From Candidatus Woesearchaeota archaeon (GTDB lineage: Archaea; Nanobdellota; Nanobdellia; Woesearchaeales; WJIZ01): a stretch of DNA of 64,000 nucleotides. The stretch is from assembly GCA_018303125.1 (NCBI GenBank), contig JAGVYS010000002.1, forward strand, positions 6,600 to 70,599, read 5' to 3'. Positions 47,312 through 57,168 of this stretch are shown here, in pieces. The notes beneath the pieces were generated by a model. It saw only the letters and a program-made list of their open reading frames with translations, ran no database searches and was not told the origin of the DNA. The position numbers and the translations under genes are program-made. Position 1 is the stretch's first letter; the number at the start of each line of letters is the position of its first letter.

Positions 47312-47630
47312 TATAAAGCAGAAACAGAGCTAAGGAATAGAATAGTATTGCAGAAATTCCTATACTGAGTTTTAAGCTGCTGAAGATTCTATCCAAATAC
47401 CATAAGAGAAGCGCTCCGATAATAATGCCCAAGAATACTGAGAGCAACACTCTTTCCATATTATCAATGTTGGCCAAGCCTAGGAAAAGGTATGCTGGGA
47501 ATACAAGCACAACAAAAAACCCTAGAAAAGTTGTAAAGCCTGTAAAGCCGAAAAAAAAGGAGGGAAAAATCAATATAAGGGCAATTATGCCATAATTTAA
47601 GTATTCCTTCTTAAGAGTTATTTTATCCAT
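47283..47630 (-). CDS. small hydrophobic membrane protein
   Basis: 115 aa, 3-4 TM segments; translationally coupled to the upstream 549-aa membrane protein. Confidence 0.3.
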   Translation of the reverse strand: MDKITLKKEYLNYGIIALILIFPSFFFGFTGFTTFLGFFVVLVFPAYLFLGLANIDNMERVLLSVFLGIIIGALLLWYLDRIFSSLKLSIGISAILFYSLALFLLYIRKKNQKAS

Positions 47631-49272
47631 TGTATTTGTACACCCTTATGTTATCTTTGTTATATACAAGAGTTGAATTATTCTGCATGGACTCTTCCAT
47701 TTTCATGAAGTTCCCTATTTTCTCCCTATCGCCTATAAGGACTAGGTCAGAATAATCAAAAACAACATAGTCTAGGGATATAGCCATATCCGATCCCTTA
47801 ACTAAATTAGAGGGAATGTTGAATTTTCCAAGGTCCTTTTCGACTATCTCCCTCCAGCCAGGAGGCTCGTCAGATCTTAAAATAACCCGTCTGCTAAGCA
47901 CTTGTATGAATGCCTTTTTTGGATAAGTGAGAGTGCCTATAAGATGGACAGATGAATCTTCAGCTACATTTTCCTCTATCCATCCTGACAAGGCGTATTG
48001 TGCAGGGGTAATCCTAAGTATTGGTGGATAGCTCCCGCTCAATTGTTTGTATGCCTGGACACCCTGAGTAAAGATAAGGAGGGCTACCGCTGCTACGACA
48101 ATAGCGTTCCTTGACATTTCCCTTTGTTTTCCTGAGATTGGTAATAAAGAGGGTATTGCAAGAAGCCCAACTGCCATGGTAATGTAGAAAAAGTAGCTCT
48201 CTACAACCACAAAGCGACCCACACGATAATTTCCTGGCTCAATAAGGCCAAATGCTGGCAAGTGAAAAAGTATGTAGAGTGTTAAAAGAGCAGACATCAT
48301 CAATATATCTTCCTTATTTCTTCTCCACAAAAGAACAAATGCTCCGAATATCAGGATTGGAATAGTCCAATAGTTTATGTAACTTGATGAATAATCCGTA
48401 TAGGCCGGGTTCATATCATACTTATTTTGAGGGAGCTTATGCCATAGGAATAAGCTGCCCAAATCCTTGATACCTGCATCTGTCTCGACATTTGTCGGCC
48501 CAAAATATATCCAATAGAAGGGGGAAACAACTATTGCAGCGATAATGCACATTATGCCGTAGTGCTTTAGGCTTTTGGCTGATATTGGAAGCTTCCTATT
48601 CATGACAGCCATTATCAATACAAATATTATTGAAAATATAGCCAAAAAAACAGTTGATGAGAGATGTATGAGAAACGTTGAAAGCAAAAGCAGGAAAAAA
48701 ATGTAAAGGTACTTTATCTTCTCTTCCCCACTATAGTATGAGTCAATATACTTGTATAGGAAGTAAATTGTTATAGGTATAAAGGCATAGGCAGTTACAT
48801 TGTGCCTCTGCCCCCAAAGGTACATCAATATCTCCCTGAAGGAAAATAGAAGGGCAGAAGATGAAACCAAGGCTACACTGAAACCATATAGTTTTCTTGC
48901 CAGAAAATACACTGAAAAAACAGATAGAAAGCAGGTTACTGCCACAAATATGTAAGGCGGCACAATTCTTCCTGAGCCGAATATCTGAGCCAAGGCATAT
49001 CCAAGGTTATATGGTGGAGGGTATTGCAACCCTGTTGGCCCTAGAACTGGATTGTATCCTGCATACCAGAAAAGAGTCGAGAGAGGAGTATCACCAGTAA
49101 TATCAAAAGACTTGTCCCTGAATGACATTTCGTCCCCATATGCAAAAATGTAGGCAGCATCATGCTCACCAAAAGGCATCTGGCTATTTTGAAGCGGGAT
49201 TGTCCACAACCAGAAAGCAGCTATAAATAACACTGCCAGTGCAATCTTGTCCTTTAACTGGAAAGAATCCAT
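47623..49272 (-). CDS. polytopic membrane protein, putative GT-C / glycan-processing enzyme
   Basis: 549 aa, >10 TM helices, periplasmic C-terminal domain; shares short N-terminal loop similarity (aromatic/Gly/Asp-rich first loop) with ORF 45283..46944. Confidence 0.35.
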   Translation of the reverse strand: MDSFQLKDKIALAVLFIAAFWLWTIPLQNSQMPFGEHDAAYIFAYGDEMSFRDKSFDITGDTPLSTLFWYAGYNPVLGPTGLQYPPPYNLGYALAQIFGSGRIVPPYIFVAVTCFLSVFSVYFLARKLYGFSVALVSSSALLFSFREILMYLWGQRHNVTAYAFIPITIYFLYKYIDSYYSGEEKIKYLYIFFLLLLSTFLIHLSSTVFLAIFSIIFVLIMAVMNRKLPISAKSLKHYGIMCIIAAIVVSPFYWIYFGPTNVETDAGIKDLGSLFLWHKLPQNKYDMNPAYTDYSSSYINYWTIPILIFGAFVLLWRRNKEDILMMSALLTLYILFHLPAFGLIEPGNYRVGRFVVVESYFFYITMAVGLLAIPSLLPISGKQREMSRNAIVVAAVALLIFTQGVQAYKQLSGSYPPILRITPAQYALSGWIEENVAEDSSVHLIGTLTYPKKAFIQVLSRRVILRSDEPPGWREIVEKDLGKFNIPSNLVKGSDMAISLDYVVFDYSDLVLIGDREKIGNFMKMEESMQNNSTLVYNKDNIRVYKYNG

Positions 49273-49325
49273 ACTCCAGAAACCCCATCGCTAATTATTT
49301 AAATATATTTCTGTGGCTCACTTAG

Positions 49326-50360
49326 ATGACTAAGGAGATTCTTATAATTAAAGTTGGGGCATTGGGAGATGTCCTCCGTACTACTTTCCTCCCTCCATTG
49401 CTGAAAAGAAAGTATCAGGAATGTAAAATTAGCTGGGTGACAAGCATAAAGGCAGTAGAGCTCCTAAAAAATAATCCGCATATAGACGAAATATATGCCA
49501 TAGAAGGTAAAGCAAAGATAAATGGAAGATTTGACATTATTCTCTGCCTGGATGATGAGCATGAATCTGCTGAGCTGGCAACCCGTTTAAGTGGCGGTAA
49601 AATAATAGGATCATATGCAGATGGAAATAAAGTTAGGTATACTAATAGCTCAGCGCCTTGGTTCGGCATGGGCCTGCTAAGGCCTGAAGAAGAAGGTGGT
49701 CTTGAAAGAGCAAATGAATTCAAGAAAATGAACAGTAAAAGCTATTTCCAATTGATAGCCAATATAGTAAACATACAATATAACGGAGAAAAGCCAAATC
49801 TATTTCTTACAGAGGCTGAGATAGCATATGGAAAAGAGTTTGCAAAGAGGTACGGAATATCAAAAAATGATTTTGTTGTTGGTGTGAACACAGGTGCAGG
49901 AAAAAGATGGCAAAGCAAGCAATGGAGTGTGGAAAAGACAGTAGACACTATAGACATTCTTGCTGGAAAGCTCGGCTTCAAGGTCATTCTTTTTGGAGGC
50001 GAAGATGAGGAAGGTAGAAACAATAGTATAAAGGCCAGATGCAAAAGCAAAATAATTGACTCTGGAACAAAGAACAGCCTGAGGGGGTTTGCTTCAATAA
50101 TAAGCATATGCTCTCTTGTCATATGCTCTGACACTCTTGCTTTGCATATAGCAACATCCCTTGACAAGAAAGTTATAGCGCTTATTGGACCTACAAGTGC
50201 AAGCGAGATATATCTGTTTGGAAAAGGAATAAAAATATGCCCTGAAATGGAATGCGAATGCTTTTATAAGAGCAAATGTACCGCAAAAAAATGCTGCATG
50301 GATACAATAATCCCGGAAAAGGTTTCTTTGGCTGCGAAGGAGCTCCATGAAAAATCATAA
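49326..50360 (+). CDS. GT9-family glycosyltransferase (heptosyltransferase-like)
   Basis: ILIIKVGALGDVLRTTFLPPLL N-terminal signature and C-terminal SDTLALHIATSL...ALIGPTS block. Confidence 0.75.
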   Translation: MTKEILIIKVGALGDVLRTTFLPPLLKRKYQECKISWVTSIKAVELLKNNPHIDEIYAIEGKAKINGRFDIILCLDDEHESAELATRLSGGKIIGSYADGNKVRYTNSSAPWFGMGLLRPEEEGGLERANEFKKMNSKSYFQLIANIVNIQYNGEKPNLFLTEAEIAYGKEFAKRYGISKNDFVVGVNTGAGKRWQSKQWSVEKTVDTIDILAGKLGFKVILFGGEDEEGRNNSIKARCKSKIIDSGTKNSLRGFASIISICSLVICSDTLALHIATSLDKKVIALIGPTSASEIYLFGKGIKICPEMECECFYKSKCTAKKCCMDTIIPEKVSLAAKELHEKS

Positions 50361-51072
50361 GACTGTTGTGGTTATACCGACATATAATGAGAAAGAAAAC
50401 ATAAGAAAGCTTATTGATAGCATACTCTCTCTTAAAATAGATGGGCTTAATGTCCTTGTAGTAGATGATAACAGCCCTGACGGAACATCAAATGAAGTAA
50501 AGGCGTTCAAGGACAAAAAAGTGCATCTGCTATTGCGCGAAGGCAATAGGGGAAGAGGCTTGGCAGGCAAGGATGGCTTCAGTTGGGCGATGGCTTCCAA
50601 TGCGGATTACATAATAGAGATGGATGCTGATTTTTCTCATGACCCCGAGTACATACCTGAAATGCTAAGAAGAATAAAGAACTGCGATGTAGTCCTTGGT
50701 TCCAGGCTTGTTAAGGGAGGTAGGGATATAGGAAGAGGGTTATGGAGAAGGATGATAACCAGAATTGCCAACCTTTATATCGGAATTATACTTGGCTTGC
50801 CTATATTGGACTGTAATTCAGGTTTCAGGTGCTTCAGAAGCGATGTCTTTAAGAAAATAAAGACAGACAATATTTTCTCTGAAGGGCCTGCCATAGTGCA
50901 GGAGGTGCTTTACAAGTGCCATATTGCAGGATTCAAATTATGCGAGATGCCGATAGTTTTTAGGGAAAGAGTCAGGGGAAAATCAAGCCTTACTTTGTCA
51001 AAATTGATAAAGGGGTACATTACAATAATAGAACTGAAATGGAAAAAAATGAACAATAAACTAAAGATGTGA
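50347..51072 (+). CDS. GT2 glycosyltransferase (DPM1-like polyprenyl-phosphate mannosyl/glycosyl transferase)
   Basis: VVVIPTYNEKENI, VVDDNSPDGT, EMDADFSHDP motifs. Confidence 0.8.
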   Translation: MKNHKTVVVIPTYNEKENIRKLIDSILSLKIDGLNVLVVDDNSPDGTSNEVKAFKDKKVHLLLREGNRGRGLAGKDGFSWAMASNADYIIEMDADFSHDPEYIPEMLRRIKNCDVVLGSRLVKGGRDIGRGLWRRMITRIANLYIGIILGLPILDCNSGFRCFRSDVFKKIKTDNIFSEGPAIVQEVLYKCHIAGFKLCEMPIVFRERVRGKSSLTLSKLIKGYITIIELKWKKMNNKLKM

Positions 51073-51073
51073 T

Positions 51074-51637
51074 ATGAAACTCATAAACAAGTTCAGGGAG
51101 AAGCACCACTATGGCAGGTACAAGATAGTGAAAGGCCTGATAGAAGGAAAAAACAAAGAGCTCTTGGATATAGGCTGTGGCCCGCCGTCCGATTCAATGC
51201 TGCCAGGCAGTTTTTTGAGGTATATTGGTTATGGAACAGGCATGGATATAGTTGATAGGGAGATTCCTTTTCCATTCATATTGGGGAACATGGAAAAGAT
51301 ACCGTTCAAGGACAAATCATTTGGAGTTATTTCATGCCTTGAGGTTATAGAGCATGTCCATGACCCAGAAAAAGCATTAAACGAGCTGTCAAGGGTCCTG
51401 AAGGATGACGGCATAGCAATTGTTACCACTCCCAATAATCATCTCTTCTTCAAGGTCTTCTGGTTTCTCTGGGAAAGAATTATAGGTGGGCAGTGGGCGC
51501 ATACGCATATATACAGCTTCAATAGGAAGGGCTGGCTCAATTTCATAAACAAAAACGGAAATTTCAAGGTTACATATCTTAAGAATTACTGGGGTGTTAA
51601 TATTATAATGAGGCTAGAAAAGGTAAAAATGCCATAG
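51074..51637 (+). CDS. class I SAM-dependent methyltransferase
   Basis: LLDIGCGPPS motif I; Methyltransf_11-like. Confidence 0.7.
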   Translation: MKLINKFREKHHYGRYKIVKGLIEGKNKELLDIGCGPPSDSMLPGSFLRYIGYGTGMDIVDREIPFPFILGNMEKIPFKDKSFGVISCLEVIEHVHDPEKALNELSRVLKDDGIAIVTTPNNHLFFKVFWFLWERIIGGQWAHTHIYSFNRKGWLNFINKNGNFKVTYLKNYWGVNIIMRLEKVKMP

Positions 51638-51644
51638 CTAAAAA

Positions 51645-52643
51645 ATGAAAATTCTCGTGATAAGGTCTGGAGCTGTCGGTGATGTCATAATGGCTACTCC
51701 ATTCCTTAGAAACCTCAGGGAAGCATACCCGAACTCAAGAATATCCTTTCTTGTTGGTAAATGGTCAAAGGAAGTACTCAGGAACAACAAAAATATTGAT
51801 GAAATAATATCTTTTGATGATAAAATAATAGCAAGGAAAAAGTTTCTTGAAGTATTGGCATTGTCACGCAAAATAAAGATAATGAATTTTGATAGGTGCT
51901 TCATTCTTGACAAGTCCTGGGCATGGAGCCTTTTTGCTTTCATTTGCGGCATAAGGAAAAGGATAGGATTTTCTAGGGGAACAGAAGCTTCATTCAACAC
52001 CATATCAATAAATTTTGATGGAAAAAAACAAGAGTCAGAGTATAACAATGATCTGCTAAAAGTAGCAGGAATCAAAGCTAAGAACTACCAGCCAGAGATA
52101 TTTTCTACAGAAAAAGATATCGAATTCGCTGAAAAGCTCATAAAGGGCATAGGGAAAAAGAGCATAATTGGTATCGCTCCTGGAGGAGCTGTAAATCCTG
52201 GCCAGAGTGCAATCTTGAAAAGATGGCCTATTGATAGGTACAAGGAATTCGTAGGGAAGATAGGCGTGCCCTGCATACTTTTAGGTAATTCTAATGATAA
52301 AGTGGTATGTAAGGAGATAATGGCTAGCCATGAGACAGGAACATACGATGCAACTGGCATCTCAATACAGAAAGCAAAGGAGATAATGGAAAGATGCGCT
52401 GCCGTAATAACTCATGATTCTGGCGCAATGCATATTGCCTCTGCTACAAGCACAAAGATAATTGCTTTGTTCGGGCCTACCCCGGCAGAAAGGTTTGCGC
52501 CTAAAAATGCAGTAGTGATTAGGACAAAATCCTGGCCATGCTATACAATAAGGGGTAAGTTTGCAGGATGTGCAAAAAACCAAATGATGGAAATAAATGT
52601 TGAAAGTGTAATTTACGCCTTGAAGAAGGCTTTATCGAAATAA
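51645..52643 (+). CDS. GT9-family glycosyltransferase (heptosyltransferase-like)
   Basis: MKILVIRSGAVGDVIMATPFLRNL and HDSGAMHIASATSTKIIALFGPT blocks. Confidence 0.75.
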   Translation: MKILVIRSGAVGDVIMATPFLRNLREAYPNSRISFLVGKWSKEVLRNNKNIDEIISFDDKIIARKKFLEVLALSRKIKIMNFDRCFILDKSWAWSLFAFICGIRKRIGFSRGTEASFNTISINFDGKKQESEYNNDLLKVAGIKAKNYQPEIFSTEKDIEFAEKLIKGIGKKSIIGIAPGGAVNPGQSAILKRWPIDRYKEFVGKIGVPCILLGNSNDKVVCKEIMASHETGTYDATGISIQKAKEIMERCAAVITHDSGAMHIASATSTKIIALFGPTPAERFAPKNAVVIRTKSWPCYTIRGKFAGCAKNQMMEINVESVIYALKKALSK

Positions 52644-52672
52644 TTATAAGCAATATTTCTTCCTAGAATGCC

Positions 52673-53737
52673 ATGAAACTAGGACTATTGAGCCCATTCC
52701 CGCCAAAGAAATGCGGAGTAGGCATTTACTCTTATAACCTGTACAGGAATTTGAAGGATAAGGTAGATGTAATAAGGATAGGAGACAATGAATCAGATTC
52801 AGATTTCAAAATTAATTTCTGCTCATTTAAGCTGGGAGAGCAGCTCCAGAGGATAATTGAAAGCCAGGGCATCGATATAATTCATGTAGAATATAATGCA
52901 CCGCAGTTTGGGAGGTTAAGCCTTAATGCAGGCCTTATAAGTGCATTACGCAGCATAAAGATACCCAAAGTCATAACATTGCATGAGGTCCAGTATGACA
53001 GGAAATGTGGGTTCATTGAAAAAGCCAGGCTTGGCATACTAAGGCTGATAGAAAAGAAGCTAATAAGTTATTCTGACCGGGTAATAGTACATACTCCAAA
53101 TCAGGCAGAGTTTCTTAGGAAAAAGTACAGCACAAAAAAAGTAGAATGCATATACCATGGATTGGAATTAAAGGATATAATCAAAAAAAACACTAAAAAT
53201 CTGTTATTCCTTGGGATAATAACCCCTTCCAAAGGCGTCCATTATCTTATAGGGGCTATGTCTGGCTTAAGTGAATATAACTTGACAATTGCCGGAGACA
53301 CGCCAAAAGGCATGCAGGTTTACAAGAAAAAGCTATTGTCCCTAATTTCAGAAAAAGGGCTTAAGAATGTAAAAACGGACTTTAGATGGATACCTGAAAA
53401 CGATAAAGAGGAATATTTCAGAAGTGCTGGAATTGTAGTCCTGCCTTATACTTGGGCTCCTTATCAGTCAGGAGTATTGCATAGTGCTGTGTCCTATGGA
53501 ATTCCTGTTGTTGTCACAAATACTGGCTCATTGGGGGAGATAGCTAAGGAATTTTTGATTGGAGAAGTGATAAAGCCAGGCATCTCTGAAGAAATTTCAG
53601 AGGGAATAAAGGTAGTATCAAAAAATTACAGTAAATATTCTGCAGGCATCATGAAATACAGAAAGGTTGCAAATTGGGAAACTGTGAGCAATAAGCACGC
53701 TAAATTATATGCCTCACTTCTTAAGAACATCGCATAG
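52673..53737 (+). CDS. GT4-family glycosyltransferase (GT-B fold)
   Basis: C-terminal retaining-GT4 block (VLPYTWAPYQSGVLHSAVSYGIPVVVTNTGSLGEI). Confidence 0.7.
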   Translation: MKLGLLSPFPPKKCGVGIYSYNLYRNLKDKVDVIRIGDNESDSDFKINFCSFKLGEQLQRIIESQGIDIIHVEYNAPQFGRLSLNAGLISALRSIKIPKVITLHEVQYDRKCGFIEKARLGILRLIEKKLISYSDRVIVHTPNQAEFLRKKYSTKKVECIYHGLELKDIIKKNTKNLLFLGIITPSKGVHYLIGAMSGLSEYNLTIAGDTPKGMQVYKKKLLSLISEKGLKNVKTDFRWIPENDKEEYFRSAGIVVLPYTWAPYQSGVLHSAVSYGIPVVVTNTGSLGEIAKEFLIGEVIKPGISEEISEGIKVVSKNYSKYSAGIMKYRKVANWETVSNKHAKLYASLLKNIA

Positions 53738-54898
53738 TATTGAATAGAATCTTTTTGCTGTTGCCTCTATGCTGAAATTTTCAATTACGTATTTTCTGGA
53801 GTATTCCCCCATTTTAGAGCACAAGATCTTGTCATTCAGAAGAATCCTTATCCTATCTGCCAATGCCTCCGCATTCCCGGGATTGATTACAAATCCATTT
53901 TTCCCTTCCTCTATCAGGGTGGCAGGGCCGCCGCTAAATGTGGATATTACAGGAATGCCGCATGACATGGCTTCTATGACTGGATAGCCAAACTGTTCGC
54001 GCCAGTTTTCATTTGGTATTGACGGAAAAACAAAAAAAGAGGCTGTGTTATAGGCAATGGGTACTTGTTTATTCTCAAGGTCCTCCATCAACTTTACGTT
54101 ATTCCTTGCTGCTGAAAACTTTCTTACTTCCTCAACAATCTTTTGGTCATTAGCTTTCCCGAATCCGACAATAAGCAAACTAAATTCTTCACCCTTGGCT
54201 TCAAGTATTTCAACTGCCTTAAGAATTGTCAATATTCCCTTTACATCTATAAGCCTGCCAAGGAATAGGAATGTTTTCCCCTTTTTTCCTGAGAATCCAG
54301 ACAGGCCCTTATCCAATGGCTTGTAGAAACCAATGTCTATTCCTGCTTCAGGAAGCACATACATTTTCTCTTCAATAGCGCCTTTGCCCAGATATATCTT
54401 TTTTATCTCATCTGTGCCGGGTATGAGAAAATCGGCCTTCGAGATTGTGTATCTCTCCATCCAGTTGACAAAAAAAAGATGCTTGAATATCATGTTCTCC
54501 CAGCATTGGTAGCCCAATTTTGCTTTTGTTTTTCTGGAGATATTGGCAAGATGAAAGTTCTGTAGGGCAACTGGCTCACCAAAGCCATATATGACATCTG
54601 GATTTATTCTTCTTATAGTTTCCCTTAAGGACCTAAAAATAAACTTGAACTGTGCATATGGTTTTCTGAAATCAAAGTTTAAAGTTTCAGATTTATGTAC
54701 AATAAATTTTTCTGTGCTATACTTGTCAATGTCAGGAAAAGAATAGCCATTCCAATTATTGGGAGTGATTATATCCACCCTTAAGTCGTATTCAGTGCTA
54801 AGATGGGAAAGGAACTTGAAAAGCCTTCCTGCTGTAGGATAATTGAACGGGAAGCCGATGCAACATAGCCTTATTTGGCGAGGTAGTTTTTGTACCAT
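53714..54898 (-). CDS. GT4-family glycosyltransferase (GT-B fold)
   Basis: EX7E-type motif region EQFGYPVIEAMSCGIPVISTFSGGPATLIEEGKNGFVINPGN. Confidence 0.75.
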   Translation of the reverse strand: MVQKLPRQIRLCCIGFPFNYPTAGRLFKFLSHLSTEYDLRVDIITPNNWNGYSFPDIDKYSTEKFIVHKSETLNFDFRKPYAQFKFIFRSLRETIRRINPDVIYGFGEPVALQNFHLANISRKTKAKLGYQCWENMIFKHLFFVNWMERYTISKADFLIPGTDEIKKIYLGKGAIEEKMYVLPEAGIDIGFYKPLDKGLSGFSGKKGKTFLFLGRLIDVKGILTILKAVEILEAKGEEFSLLIVGFGKANDQKIVEEVRKFSAARNNVKLMEDLENKQVPIAYNTASFFVFPSIPNENWREQFGYPVIEAMSCGIPVISTFSGGPATLIEEGKNGFVINPGNAEALADRIRILLNDKILCSKMGEYSRKYVIENFSIEATAKRFYSILCDVLKK

Positions 54899-55845
54899 AG
54901 AAATGCCTTCTTAAGGCCATTCTCCAGTGTATATCTTGGCTTCCACCCAAGCATTCTCATTGCTTTCTCAGATGATAAGTATTGGTCCTTTATCTCTGTC
55001 TTGGCCTGATTAAGAATCTTCGGCTTAAGTCCTTTTCTCCCAGATATGTCTATTATTTTTTTCACCAAGTCTATTACTGATATTTGTGTGCCTGAACCAA
55101 AATTGAATGCCTCTCCATTTAATGAATTGCTCTCATTCTCGACCAAGGACATATAAGCATATACTGCATCCTCTACATAGAGGTAGTCCCTCTTGAATGT
55201 GCCGTCACTCCTTATTATTGGCTCCTCATTGTTGAGAACTGACTGGATAGTTCCAGGAATTATTCTGCTAAAGTTTAAATCACCGCCACCATACAGATTT
55301 CCGCATCTTACTACCCTGACAGGAAGATTATAGGTATGAAAGAATGCCTGGCTTATAAGGTCAGCGCATGACTTTGAAACCTCATAAGGTGCCATGCCTT
55401 GGAGAGGGAATGATTCAAGATATGGGAGTTTTTCATGTGTTCCATAAGCCTTATCGCTGGAAGCTACAATAATCCTTTTGATGGAGCCCAATCTTCTGCA
55501 TGCCTCTAGCACATTACATGTACCTATTATATTCGTATTCAGCGTGCCCAATGGAGACTTATTTGCTATACCTACTATTGATTGGGCCGCAAGATGAAAA
55601 ACAACCTCTATGCCATATTCATTTATGATTCTCTCCACAAGCGCGTAGTCCAGAACATCGCCCCTAATAAGGTTATAACTGCTTACCTCAAGCAATTTAA
55701 GGCTAGATTTATGGACTTCGTCCCGAAGAAGAAGCGTTAATTCAGAGCCATTCTCTATAAGGCTTTTTGCGAGCCATGGCCCAAGAAACCCTGCGCCTCC
55801 GGTAATGAATACCTTTCTGCCATGCCAAAAATTTTTTTCCGACAT
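54871..55845 (-). CDS. NDP-sugar 4,6-dehydratase of the extended SDR family, RfbG-like paralog (ORF-track start 55914; Met at 55845 preferred)
   Basis: MSEKNFWHGRKVFITGGAGFLGPWL parallels the RfbG N-terminus; YxxxK catalytic pair present (YEVSK). Confidence 0.65.
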   Translation of the reverse strand: MSEKNFWHGRKVFITGGAGFLGPWLAKSLIENGSELTLLLRDEVHKSSLKLLEVSSYNLIRGDVLDYALVERIINEYGIEVVFHLAAQSIVGIANKSPLGTLNTNIIGTCNVLEACRRLGSIKRIIVASSDKAYGTHEKLPYLESFPLQGMAPYEVSKSCADLISQAFFHTYNLPVRVVRCGNLYGGGDLNFSRIIPGTIQSVLNNEEPIIRSDGTFKRDYLYVEDAVYAYMSLVENESNSLNGEAFNFGSGTQISVIDLVKKIIDISGRKGLKPKILNQAKTEIKDQYLSSEKAMRMLGWKPRYTLENGLKKAFLWYKNYLAK

Positions 55846-55925
55846 AAATAACCTTTCAAGTCTCCTTAAAAAAGGATTAATCCTAAAATTTATAAAAGTT
55901 ACTGTACATTTCAAGCTTTATCAAT

Positions 55926-57065
55926 ATGAGAATTCTTCTATTGAATGACCAGGAGGAGAAAAGAGGAGGTGCAGAGGAGTACTTCTACAGCTTAAAATCT
56001 CTGATGGAAGATAATGGCCATGAAGTTCATGTGTATTTCTCAAGTAAGAACACAAAATTGAGCGTTTTTGGGAGCATTTTCAGCATAAAAAACCTCGTAA
56101 AAACTTTCAGGGCCATTAAGAAAGTAAATCCGGACATAATCCATATACACAAATACAATCTCTCGCTTTCTGCCTCACCTGCAATATCAGCAAAGTTGCT
56201 TGGAAAAAAGTTTGTTGTGACATTCCATGATTTTGGCCTGTTGTGCAGCAATGGCTGGTGTGTTGACAAAAATGGGAAGGCATGTGACAATCCGACATGG
56301 ATAAAATGGGTCTTCAGTAAAAGCTTAAGCAGGAAGGGCTTTTTTAGGAAAGCATATGACTATGTAAAGAACAAAGTGCACCTAAAAATGTTCCAAATTA
56401 CATCAGATGGGTACTTTGGTCCATCAAAGGAGATGTCAAAGTATTTGCTCGATATATTTGACAAGAAAAAAGTGCATCATGTGCCCTATTTCATACCAGG
56501 CAAATGGAAATTCATGAAAAAGAGGGAAATAAGCAATAAACTGCTCTACGTTGGAAGACTTGAGAGAGAGAAAGGAGTTGATAGGCTTATAGATGCCATG
56601 TGCTTGCTTCCTGAAAAGACAGCACTCGACATTGTAGGGGATGGAAAAGAAAAAAATGCCCTTATGGAACAGGCAAAGCATATCCGCAACAAGGTGACAT
56701 TTGCAGGCAGCATCCCGAGAGAAAACATAGAAAAGTATTATCATGACTCAGATATGCTCATAATGCCTTCTTTATGGATGGAACAATTCGGGATAGTGGG
56801 AATAGAGGCTATGGCGTCTGGAACTCCTGTTATTGCAGCAAAAATAGGTGGGACTGGTGACTGGCTGAAAGACTGTTGGAATGGCATCTCTTTGGAAAGT
56901 ATTAGGCCGGAAGAATTGGCAAAGGCTATACGCAAAATGCAAAGCACCAAATTATTGTCTAAATACGGACTAAACGGAAGGAGAACATATGAAAAAGGGT
57001 TTACTGAAAAAGTCCATTATAAGTACATACTGGATGCATATAGAAATGTGCTTAAGAATGATTGA
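55926..57065 (+). CDS. GT4-family glycosyltransferase (GT-B fold)
   Basis: EQFGIVGIEAMASGTPVIAAKIGGTGDWL EX7E motif. Confidence 0.75.
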   Translation: MRILLLNDQEEKRGGAEEYFYSLKSLMEDNGHEVHVYFSSKNTKLSVFGSIFSIKNLVKTFRAIKKVNPDIIHIHKYNLSLSASPAISAKLLGKKFVVTFHDFGLLCSNGWCVDKNGKACDNPTWIKWVFSKSLSRKGFFRKAYDYVKNKVHLKMFQITSDGYFGPSKEMSKYLLDIFDKKKVHHVPYFIPGKWKFMKKREISNKLLYVGRLEREKGVDRLIDAMCLLPEKTALDIVGDGKEKNALMEQAKHIRNKVTFAGSIPRENIEKYYHDSDMLIMPSLWMEQFGIVGIEAMASGTPVIAAKIGGTGDWLKDCWNGISLESIRPEELAKAIRKMQSTKLLSKYGLNGRRTYEKGFTEKVHYKYILDAYRNVLKND

Positions 57066-57168
57066 TTTTTATTCATATGATTCATTGCAGATTGCTCCGC
57101 AATAAAACATTCTAAGAAAGTATAAGGAAATATTTATATATCGCCGAAGAGGACGAAACATCTGTTTC

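Noticed and set aside
46934-47630. Two small membrane proteins as GtrA-like flippases
   Set aside because: They are the right size (115-125 aa, 3-4 TM) and context, but they lack the characteristic N-terminal K-F-x-x-V-G motif of GtrA, so they are left as hypothetical membrane proteins.
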